Part shown: in pieces, positions 1 to 9,415 of the stretch
Layout: every line of letters begins with the position of its first letter
Position numbering within the stretch: the stretch's first letter is position 1
NCBI GenBank assembly: GCA_005223125.1
Contig: NJBH01000026.1
Location: 1 to 53,951, forward strand
Reading direction: 5' to 3'
Origin: Promethearchaeota archaeon Loki_b32
GTDB lineage: Archaea; Asgardarchaeota; Lokiarchaeia; Sigyniarchaeales; SOKP01
DNA: 53,951 nucleotides
Notes under the pieces: model-generated
The model's database searches: none
What the model was told of the DNA's origin: nothing
What the model saw: only the letters and a program-made list of their open reading frames with translations
Translations under genes and position numbers: made by a program

Positions 1-545
1 AACCCATCGGATAATCCAAATGAGCCCAAACCTGCTGCGAAACAATTATGCTTATGAGACCAGTTAGATGCCCTAATTTTTCGATTAATTCTAAATAATT
101 TCTTATTAAGAGCAGGAGCGAAGGCATTAATTCCAAGCTTTTTTAATTCCTCTATTAAGTATTTTTGAATGTTCATGTTTGCTTGTTCCCCAAAAAGCCT
201 TGTGTGAGCCCATCTTTCAGATGGCATTGTTTTAGAATAAATAAAATTCTCAATCTTAGTTTTATGATTGATAGGTAAAATATAAGCTACTACACTTAGA
301 TTATTATCATTGAACTTAATATTATTCTGATTGCAATATCACTTATAAGCCTCAAAAGGAATTAGATGAAATTTACCGATAATACTGTTATATCTAGTAT
401 AAATACCATCATTTCCATCAACAATTCCTACGAGTACATCTGTTTCGAAAAAAAGTGACCCATCAAGCTTACTCATTTTATTACTCTCATCACCCTTAAG
501 GAATCCATTGATTTCATTGATATACCATTCTTTATTTACATCCAT
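1..545 (-). pseudogene. Epoxyqueuosine reductase (QueG)-like Fe-S protein with an in-frame TGA at 339-341; runs off the window start
   Basis: Reading through the TGA gives ...EAYK*YCNQ...LSVVAYILPI...MPSERWAHTRLFGEQAN...ASNWSHKHNCFAAGLGSFGLSDG, matching the paralog at 27240-28007 (WSHKHVAYIAGLGKFGL). Confidence 0.8.
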
Positions 546-695
546 ACCCCTAACCTCATAAATATAGATTTTATTTTTTGTTTGGTTCTCAAATTTTTAA
601 TTGCTAATTAATTTTTTTCTTATAGCGTGGAGAATAATTATTTAAAGAATAAGTTTAACTAAAGAAATTTAACCGTAATTTAATTGTATTATAAT

Positions 696-983
696 ATGGA
701 TGAAATTGATCTCAAGATAATTCTTCTCTTATTTAACAATTCCAGATTAACATATAGAGAGATTTCAGACTATTTAAGATTATCTGTGAACGCTGTATAT
801 AAACGAGTGCAAAATCTCATAGATCGTAAAATCATACAAAATTTTACCGCTAGGTTAAAACCTTATGCAATTAACGCTATTTATGCGTTTATTTTTGGAC
901 AAAGTAATGCTCAAGATATAGATAAAGCAATAACAGAAATTACTTCTTCACTTTTAGGACTCATAGACATTATTTATTTTTAA
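696..983 (+). pseudogene. Lrp/AsnC-type winged-HTH regulator, apparently 3'-truncated
   Basis: MDEIDLKII...NSRLTYREIS...LSVNAVYKRVQNL is an Lrp HTH. After ~940 the sequence reads as the reverse complement of another gene start. Confidence 0.65.
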
Positions 984-1351
984 TATTTTTAAAATTTGTT
1001 TTAGATTTCTTCTAACAATTTTGATCTTAAATTCTAATAATTTAACTTATTTTATTGTTATTTAGATTTTAGGTGATTAATTTTACAAAACTTTCCCTAC
1101 TCATTAATGTTGATGAAAAAATTATATATTGGGGGAAGAGATCATTGTAAAGATTGCATAAAAGCTTGGCCAGATTACTAATAGTGATAAATAAAACTAA
1201 ACACTTTCATAACTTTTTTTACTCTATTGATGAAAAATTGAAATAAAAAACTTTATTTATTAAATTTATTAAAAAAAAATTCAGAAAAAGTCACATTCAA
1301 CTATACAACTATCAATAGATTTAAATATACAACTTTGATCTATAATTATAC

Positions 1352-1363
1352 ATACACGTGTAT
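1352..1363. promoter_or_regulatory. 12-bp perfect palindrome ATACACGTGTAT upstream of tfb
   Basis: Palindrome seen directly, ~25 bp downstream of a TATA-like TTTAAATA at 1320-1327. Confidence 0.3.
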
Positions 1364-1437
1364 TAAATTATTATCAAATGTTTAATACAGTGATATCATT
1401 TGCGCTTTTTAAATAATTTGTTGCATTGTGACTTATC

Positions 1438-2364
1438 ATGAATGAGCAGTATCGTGACCGATTCTTAAATAATAAAATCGATAAAAATATATTACTTCAA
1501 TCCGAATGTTGTTCTAATCCTTTTGTTGAATCTCGAGATGGAAATAAAGTTTGTTTAAATTGTGGAGTTATTTTTGAGCGAACCTTCGTAGGAAATGAGC
1601 GTAGAGCGTATACCATTGAAGAAATACAAAATCGTCGCAGAACAGAACCCCGCTGGAGAGATTTTGGACCACGAACAATGTTACCATCCACCAAGACAGA
1701 TAGTAAAGGTAAATCTATTGGAGCAAAAGAACAAGCTCTCTTCTCTCGACTCTCAAAAATTCAAAATTCATTAATTTCAAGCATTGAAAGAAACTTTTGG
1801 GAAGCAAAACCAAAATTAAAAATGCTCACTTCAAAACTTAATATACCAGAATATATAGCTGAAACTGCATGGAAAATATACAGTATTGTGGCAAAAAAGA
1901 AATTAACCATGGGGAGATCAATCAATGGGTTTATTTCTGGATCATTATATGCTGCAATTCGAGTTCATGATTTTCCACGCTTATTAGATGAGGTATGTGA
2001 AGCCTCATTAACTCCAAGACGAACAGTTCATAGAAGTTTAGCTATGATTATTCGAGAAGTATTACCTGATCTTAATTTAAGGTATCAACCTATAACTGCC
2101 GAATCACTGGTGTTCCGTTTCGGAAATGAGCTGGATTTACCTATAAAAATCCAAAAAAATGCAATTAACATGCTAAAAGACGCTTCCAGGAATGGTCTTA
2201 AACGTACAGGAAAAGATCCGAAGGGTTTAGCTGCTGCTTGTATTTATATTGCTGCAAAAAATGGATGCATTCGTAAGACTCAATCGAAGGTTGCGGACAT
2301 AGCGAAGATCACAGAGGTTACTTTGAGAAGTCGTGCCAAACAGATAAAAAGTAAGCTTTCATAA
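1438..2364 (+). CDS. tfb: Transcription initiation factor IIB (TFB) paralog
   Basis: Zn ribbon (CC..CLNCG), two cyclin repeats, GKDPKGLAAACIYIA and TQSKVADIAKITEVTLRSR HTH. Confidence 0.93.
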   Translation: MNEQYRDRFLNNKIDKNILLQSECCSNPFVESRDGNKVCLNCGVIFERTFVGNERRAYTIEEIQNRRRTEPRWRDFGPRTMLPSTKTDSKGKSIGAKEQALFSRLSKIQNSLISSIERNFWEAKPKLKMLTSKLNIPEYIAETAWKIYSIVAKKKLTMGRSINGFISGSLYAAIRVHDFPRLLDEVCEASLTPRRTVHRSLAMIIREVLPDLNLRYQPITAESLVFRFGNELDLPIKIQKNAINMLKDASRNGLKRTGKDPKGLAAACIYIAAKNGCIRKTQSKVADIAKITEVTLRSRAKQIKSKLS

Positions 2365-2707
2365 AAGATCTCAGGAAACTGGGCAATTGAATAAATTCTT
2401 TTTTATTTTTCTCTATTCTTAATTTCTCATTGAAATTTTACATACCTAAAAGTGTTGGAAGCTGAAAAAAAGGTGTGCGTGACTCGCAACTTCGGAAAAA
2501 GAAAACTTTATTTATTTGTAAAAAAAATCAACTTACATTAGGTTTTATCTCATTTTATTGTAAGTATCTATTATAATTCAAACTATAATCTTAGTCGTAT
2601 AATAAGACCTAAAAATATCTTGTCTAACTCTTTGAATTAAATGGGAGGCTAACCAAGCACTCTTGGATTTAACATCGATGAATTCAAACTCGATTTAGTG
2701 GTTAAGT

Positions 2708-3769
2708 TCAATCCCCAATATATATATGTCTTGAGTCCAATTGTCTCTTCATATCGTCGGATACAGTCTCTAACAGATTAGAATCAATTTTTAATTCTTT
2801 TATCTTGGGAAGATCTAACACAAAATTTGGTATATTTTTAAAATAATTACCATCTATATCTAATTTTTCTAAATTGATTAAATTGTGAACTGTATCGGGT
2901 AGAGATTTTAGCTTATTTAATTCTAATACTAGTTGTTTTAAATTAGATAAATTGCCTAGTGAATCAGGTAATTCTTTTATTACATTTCCATTCAAATATA
3001 ATTCCTCCAGATACTTTAAAAGCCCAATAGATTTTGGAAGCTCTTCTAACTCGTTACCCCCACAATTTAGTTCTTTAAGGTTGACCAAATTTCCGATCGA
3101 AATTGGTAATTCTGTCAAGTAATTATTAACTAGATTTAATTTTTCTAGCCGCTTGAGATTACAAATCGACCCCGGGATTGATTCTAAATCACAGGATCTT
3201 AAAGCTAAAGTTTCAAGGGCTTTAAGATCCCCAATCCATTTAGGGAGATTTCTAAAATCATTACCATTTAAGTAGAGATGTTTTAAATGTGTCAATTTTA
3301 TTAGATTCTCTGGAAGATATTTTAGTCCACAACCCACGACTTGCAATCGAACAATTTTCTTATTTTCAATTGTTATGGACATTCTCTCATCTTCCTCATA
3401 TTCTTTTATGTCATCAATCTTAGTTGTCTCCCCTAAAAATGCTTCCAGCTCTAATATTACTTCTGCTTCTTTCGGTTCTAATAAGCTGTAAAATAGATCC
3501 TGCCTGCTAATATAATCAGTATATTTTTCTTTTAATAGGTAAGTTATTACTGATGGATACCCAGATCCGAGTCGTTTCACTATCTCTTCCTTAAATACTT
3601 TTACTGCTAGAGGGTCCCCAACCTCGGTTAGTCTTTTTAATAATGGAAATGCCATGTTAGAGTGTAAAAGACGTGTATTGTAACCATTTTCATACCAGAC
3701 TTGTAAATTTGATGAGTGTCCCCAGAATTCTGTTTCAAAAGGTATATTAATGGTTTGATTATTGTGGTC
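2708..3769 (-). pseudogene. Leucine-rich-repeat protein, 5'-truncated at the junction with the IS remnant
   Basis: About 8 LxxLxLxxNxLxxLP repeats. The frame stays open upstream of the ATG at 3655 (NIPFETEFWGHSSNLQVWYENGYNTRLLHSNMAFPLLKRL) up to a TAA at 3770-3772, with no start codon in that stretch. Confidence 0.75.
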
Positions 3770-4385
3770 TTAAAGATCAACCGAGACATTCTTAAAACCA
3801 AAAAATTACGAGTAATCATCGTACTTTCCATAGAAAAAGTGAATAATGAGTTGGGATTAACATGGAGAATCGATGATACCGCACGAGAGGAATGCATGAA
3901 ACATTTTGAAAAATCCATCATCTTTTCCAACAGAAATGAGTGGAGCATGTTAGAAATAGTTAAAATATATCGAGCACAAATCGGGGTGAAACAACAATTC
4001 AAAGAATTGAATAAAAGGGATAGAATCAGTGTAATGCCCATGTACCATTGGACAGATCAGAAGATAAGGGCGCACGTGTTTATTAGCGTGTTAGCCTTAC
4101 TTCTTTCCAATTTACTTTATCTTAAAATTCAATTAGCAGGAATAACTCACTCCAAGGAAGAATGTTTTGAAACCTTGGAAGATATAAAAGAGATTCGCTT
4201 ATATTATGATGATGAATATCCTCCTGATTTGATCCTTACTCAGATGTCCTTACTGCAACGTAGATTGTTTAAAACCTTGGATTTAAAGCGATTTACTGAA
4301 AAATAATTTTTATGTAGTGGAAAAAAAAAAAATTCTCAAATAGAAGCTATATTATCGCATTATAAAATAATAACTTTGAAAGTCA
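3770..4385 (+). mobile_element. IS1634-like DDE transposase, 3' fragment (ORF ends at 4306)
   Basis: IVKIYRAQIGVKQQFKELN...PMYHWTDQKIRAHVFISVLALLL is the IS1634-type C-terminal signature; the expected catalytic E is K. A possible right end TTTGAAAGTCA lies at 4375-4385 (uncertain). Confidence 0.8.
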
Positions 4386-4401
4386 AAAATAAAATATCAT
4401 T

Positions 4402-5550
4402 TTACCCTAAACCAAAAAATGAGATTATCAATGGAATGACTGAAGAGGAGAGCGTAATGACCAATTTCTTAATTGATGTTGGGTTAAAGGGCCAGTCGCT
4501 AACTTCGTCAACTTTTTCATAATAGTCATGAATATTATAAATTGTTTTATATTTCTTATGTATATCCATTTCAGTAGAATTTTTTAATGAAATAGTTTTA
4601 ATTTGTTGTATTAACGAATATTTCAAATTGAATTTATATTGTTTTATTGCTTCGTGAATGTGGATTGTATTTCTATATAAAAGCGTAGAAAAAATAACAG
4701 TTAGCAGTATACTTGTTATAATGTAAAAATATCCTATAATAATATTATTGAACACAAAAAGGACATATAATCCCATTATACTAAAAAATGTACTCAATAT
4801 AATACATGGGATAGAAGTTGATATAATAAATTTACCAATAGAATCAAAAGCACCAATTTTTAAGTCTTCATAGGTTACATTTAAAGGATATTCTTCAGTA
4901 CCAAGTTTATTAAGGCATCTTAAAGTATTTAGTAGAATTACAAGTCCCGAAACAATAAAAATAATATATATAACTGTCCACGATAAAGCCACAAAATAAT
5001 TAATCGTATGTATAACCAGCTTATGACCCTCAAGATAAATACCCTCAGGTCCATAACCGGCCAATGCCGACATACCAACAAAAAAAAAAGAACCTAATCC
5101 ATAAATTATTCCAAAAATAATTGGAAAATAGATTTCGATCTTTGAACTGAAAGTTTCATGAACATAATTTACGTATTTTTTGAAAACTTCCTCTGGTTCA
5201 ATGATTCTTTTGTTAAGGGCTATCAATTCTTCGAGAGATTTAGGTATCTTTTTTGTCAAATGGAAAGCAAAAAATAGAGTACCTACTATAATTAAATCGG
5301 ATAATGGAACCCATGAATTGAAGTAATTCTCTAATCCCCAGATATATACATAATAAATTGACCAAAAAATCACTAAAATTATAAGATAAATATACTTGAT
5401 AGGTGTATCAAACTTGAGTCTATTTCTCCAAAATTTAATGTTTGTTATGAAATTTGATTGTAAATCTCCAAAATTACTATTTGCAGTTTGACTTTTTGAA
5501 TTTTTAATTCTGGATTCATTCATTTGTAATATCATATTCTGAATTTTCAC
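4402..5550 (-). CDS. Multi-pass membrane protein, function unknown
   Basis: About 7 hydrophobic segments; C-terminal WPFNPTSIKKL before a final TM helix. Confidence 0.75.
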   Translation of the reverse strand: MKIQNMILQMNESRIKNSKSQTANSNFGDLQSNFITNIKFWRNRLKFDTPIKYIYLIILVIFWSIYYVYIWGLENYFNSWVPLSDLIIVGTLFFAFHLTKKIPKSLEELIALNKRIIEPEEVFKKYVNYVHETFSSKIEIYFPIIFGIIYGLGSFFFVGMSALAGYGPEGIYLEGHKLVIHTINYFVALSWTVIYIIFIVSGLVILLNTLRCLNKLGTEEYPLNVTYEDLKIGAFDSIGKFIISTSIPCIILSTFFSIMGLYVLFVFNNIIIGYFYIITSILLTVIFSTLLYRNTIHIHEAIKQYKFNLKYSLIQQIKTISLKNSTEMDIHKKYKTIYNIHDYYEKVDEVSDWPFNPTSIKKLVITLSSSVIPLIISFFGLG

Positions 5551-5725
5551 ATGAAACTATAAATATACTTTAACGTAAAAATTTATAAATCTTTTGACAA
5601 AACGATTTTTCACTTTTTGTGAATACACAGAATTTAGTGATAAATAAATCACTCGACAATAAAAACTTCATGACTCAACTTGAAATATCTTAAATATACT
5701 TCCATGTATTTGTTAAATATTTGTT

Positions 5726-5890
5726 AACTTTACTAATCGAGAAAAATACATAAGAGAAATTGTTGAAGAATTAATAAGTCAAAAACAAGCAAAATGGCTT
5801 TCAAAAAAGAAAAATGAAGTAAGAATCTTTTGGAAAACTCTTGAAGTCTGGTCAGATGAGATTTATGACTGGGCTTATGAAAATGGAAAA
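5726..5890 (+). pseudogene. vps25: Internal fragment of ESCRT-II subunit Vps25
   Basis: TNREKYIREIVEELISQKQAKWLSKKKNEVRIFWKTLEVWSDEIYDWAYENGK has the Vps25 W...W..(P/L)EEW...IY.W...G pattern. No start codon; in frame with the ORF at 5975. Confidence 0.75.
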
Positions 5891-7480
5891 ATTAAGAATT
5901 TTGATATCCAAACTAAATCATTTGTTCTTGTTATCAAAATAGTTAAATTAACCCAAAAAGAAGTAACCCATCCAGTGACTAAATTATCTCAAGTAATTGA
6001 TCCAGAGATTGGGATTGGAATTTCTCCATCAAATATATGTGAGGATTTGCTAAATATACTTACTCTATACTTTAGATCCTGGTTTAAATTAATAAAACAA
6101 TTATTTATAGAGGACCAAAACGAGGAATTTTCGCTTATCAAAAAAGATTATAAAAAAATTGCCCCGGGTAAACAAGGAGAAGATTTAACTCATAATTTAA
6201 TAACTATATGTAGTTTAAGAGAAGATCAATTCTATTTAATACAAAAATCTTTATCAAGACTTAATCAATCTTTAAAAAGCGTTGATGACGATATGGAATT
6301 GGGTTTGTTACTCTTGGTTTCTACAATAGAAAATCTATCTCGTAAATACGGTGAAATTGAAGAAGTATTTAATGAAGATCTTGAATTCTATTTAAAATTA
6401 AAGAAAATATTAAAAAATCAAAAGTATACAGAAGTTCTCGAAGGAGAAATTGGTAATCAATTATTTACTGAAATCGGAAACTCGTATGTTAAATTATCTT
6501 ACATTAAAACTAAAGCTAAATTCAAGAATTTTTGCTTATTATATACATCTCCTTATTTGAAAAATGAAAAATTTGAGGAGATGATAAAAAACCTTTATGA
6601 TCTTCGAAGTAAAATTCTACACGCAGGAAAAAGCTTAGTTGTAAACTCGAGAAACGACATTATTTTGTATAACCTTCAAACGAAAGGAGGAAATGTTAAA
6701 AGTTTTTCAGGGAAGAAAGGGAAATATGCGGAACTTGTTAGAATACCTTCTTATAATGATTTATTACAAATTTTAAGTAATATTATAAGAAATTTTATTT
6801 ATTATCTTTTTTCTGTTAAAGATGATAATGAGGATAAAAAATTATATAAGAAGAGCGATATTGTTAAGCGAAATATGGTAGAAGCTTCAATTAATAAAGA
6901 AGGTTATAAACCAGGTTATATAGTTAACCTAAACAGCGATTTTTATAAAAAAGTTGATTTTATCGAGCTAACTAGAATTAAACACCGAATAAGAGAAATT
7001 GAAGGAATAATTTCAGAAAATAATAAGAAGGAGGCTTTAGGTAAATTATAATTAATTTTAGCTCATCAGGATTTTTCAATAGAGTTTTATTATTTTCGAT
7101 GTGCTTGTTATTTGAAAATTAAACTCTTACACGATCTAGATGATTTTGATGGTTGTCTTCAGATATTTGAGGATTATCAAATTAAGGAGATTAATGAAGA
7201 AAATATCCTATATTTTAATCTTAAGGCTTATTGTCCAGCAAAATTAGATATTTTTCAAGAAGCACATAAGATTATCGATGAAGTCATAATAAAGGCTAAA
7301 AAAGACGAACTAAAAGCTTGTTTTCTTGATTCTAAAGGAGAGTTTTACCAATTAGCCAATGATTATCAAAATGCGATTATTTTCTATAATAAATCTTTGG
7401 AATATAAACAAGATCCACCCTATACTTTCCAAGAAGAAACATTAAAGAAATTGAAAGAATGCCAAAAACAATTAGAATAA
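5891..7480 (+). pseudogene. HEPN-domain (ApeA-like) plus TPR protein, split by an in-frame TAA at 7049-7051 and lacking its own 5' end
   Basis: LYDLRSKILHAG is an RxxxxH HEPN motif. ORFs 5975-7051 and 7112-7480 share a frame, separated by one stop. TPR-like FLDSKGEFYQLANDYQNAIIFYNKSLE. Confidence 0.7.
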
Positions 7481-7640
7481 ATGAGTTAAACCAATTTTAA
7501 TAAAGCACAGGAATAGTGGAAATATTTATTTTGGTTTTAATTCTTGATAATAAAGGAAATCTATTCTCAATAACATTTGAGACTTCTTTAATAAAACTAA
7601 TTGCTTCTTAATTTTATTTTTTCTCTTTTTCTCAATTAAA

Positions 7641-8198
7641 TTAAGAATTTTCAGTTTGTTCCTGAAGAAGCGTCCATTTTATTGCAATTCCAGTTACAAA
7701 TAATCCAGCAATTAAAATAGAACAATTAATCAAAATGAAGATTATCCAAAGAAAATTAACCATTATTGGTGTATAAGTAAGGCTATAAATTGCATTTTGA
7801 AATCTGATTGACCCAGAAATTGTACTAATATTTATCTTTCCTAATAGTACTAAGAAATTCATTTTTACAAAACCTCCTAATAAAATTACCATACCGAGAA
7901 CAACCATGTATTTTGCCAATGGCCAACTTTCGATTTTTTTGGAGAGAATTATTTTATACATAAAAAATCCTAAGATTAGAAAGCAAATAGTAGCTATGAT
8001 TAAGAATATCCACAATAAGGTTCCAGAAAGAGGCACTATTTCTGCAGCATAGATAAATTCTGATAATAAAATTGAATCTCCATTAAGAGTGAATGGTGTA
8101 AAATGCATTACTATAATAAATACAATCTCGACTAATGAAACGATAATGAATATAACACCAATGATTTGTAGAAATTTAAGAACTTTTCTGTGTTCCAT
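7641..8198 (-). CDS. Four-TM membrane protein (likely start MEHRKV at 8198)
   Basis: Four hydrophobic helices; the longer ORF-track start would overlap the divergent gene. Confidence 0.75.
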   Translation of the reverse strand: MEHRKVLKFLQIIGVIFIIVSLVEIVFIIVMHFTPFTLNGDSILLSEFIYAAEIVPLSGTLLWIFLIIATICFLILGFFMYKIILSKKIESWPLAKYMVVLGMVILLGGFVKMNFLVLLGKINISTISGSIRFQNAIYSLTYTPIMVNFLWIIFILINCSILIAGLFVTGIAIKWTLLQEQTENS

Positions 8199-8356
8199 TT
8201 TTACACCACTTATTTTATTTAAAAAAGCAAGTAAATTTTTTATTCTATTATATTTATACTTATTATTGTTTTTGGAATTAATATAAATTTTTAATGTTAT
8301 TGGTTTTCTATTAAATTCTAAGTCAATGTAATTATTTATCTCAAATTGATTTTTAA

Positions 8357-9322
8357 TTGAAAAAAAAAGCAAAATTTGATTCGGAAGTCGCAACATGTTC
8401 CCATAAAAACATCAAAAAAGATAGTGGATTTTTCGTTTGTCAAGATTGTGGACTTATTATGGAAGATAGCTTAGCTTTCGAAGAAACAGTACCGACTCGC
8501 GATTTTTTTATAGATTCACAAAGAGATTACGAAAGAAGAATAAGAGTGAGTAATTCTAAGGCACTCCAAGATCCTGTAATAAAAGAAAAATACGATCGAA
8601 TTAAAACACTTGAGAAGTGGTTTAGAGATTATGAATCTGATTTTACTGAACAAAAAAAGACAATTGAATTGTTAAAAAGCCATGGAATAGGGTTAAACAT
8701 TAATAATGTTAAGTATAAAGAAATAAAAGATAGGTATTTAAAGTATAATAAATATCACCGTCATAATTATCAAAACATGGTTATAATTTTCCTAGCGATT
8801 GTTTGGATGGAAATAAAAGACACTACAAATATTCGGATTGAGGAATTCATTAAAGTTTCAAGAGAATTAGGGCATAAAATAAACAAAAAAATGTTAAATA
8901 AGACTATGCTAAAGGTGAAACGGACTGAAAATATGCTAAAAAGTAAAAAAAGCACTTTAGATATCGAAAAAGAAATTAAAAGTAGGATAAAACTAGTTTT
9001 TCAAAAGGATTTAAACAATATTCCTTATCAAAAAGTTCAAGAGTTTTTTAAAGATAAAGTTGAATATGAAAAAATTAAAGTTGGAATGCTATTATTAGCT
9101 GACAGAATATTGAAAAAAATATCATATAGTCAAATTCAGAGTCTTAATTACAAAGCATTTGCAGCGGGATTAATATATTATGTAGGACAAACTCTTGAAA
9201 ATAGAAAAATATTTACTCAAAGTTTAATAGAAAGTACAAGTAAATTCTCAAGTACTACTATTAGAAAGAGATATCATGTATTAAAAAATCTTTTAGGAGA
9301 TCCTCAAGCACTTAAACTCTAA
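8357..9322 (+). CDS. Divergent TFB-like protein (Zn ribbon plus cyclin-fold repeats)
   Basis: CSH...VCQDCGLIM Zn ribbon; YKAFAAGLIYYVG...FTQ...SSTTIRKRY mirrors the TFB C-terminal repeat and HTH. Confidence 0.75.
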   Translation: MKKKAKFDSEVATCSHKNIKKDSGFFVCQDCGLIMEDSLAFEETVPTRDFFIDSQRDYERRIRVSNSKALQDPVIKEKYDRIKTLEKWFRDYESDFTEQKKTIELLKSHGIGLNINNVKYKEIKDRYLKYNKYHRHNYQNMVIIFLAIVWMEIKDTTNIRIEEFIKVSRELGHKINKKMLNKTMLKVKRTENMLKSKKSTLDIEKEIKSRIKLVFQKDLNNIPYQKVQEFFKDKVEYEKIKVGMLLLADRILKKISYSQIQSLNYKAFAAGLIYYVGQTLENRKIFTQSLIESTSKFSSTTIRKRYHVLKNLLGDPQALKL

Positions 9323-9415
9323 TTTTGATTATCATTTCTTAAGCCTGATCCTTTAATAAGCTTTGAATTCATATTAAATAATATTTAAATTAGAATCATA
9401 GTTAAAATAATTAAG

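Noticed and set aside
2440-2700. Possible ncRNA or tRNA in the slightly GC-richer intergenic patches after tfb
   Set aside because: Only a 5-bp hairpin (CCAAG-CACT-CTTGG) was seen; no cloverleaf or recognisable RNA motif.
3716-3769. N-terminus of the 196-aa transposase ORF as given in the track
   Set aside because: This stretch is the antisense of LRR-gene coding sequence, not transposase.
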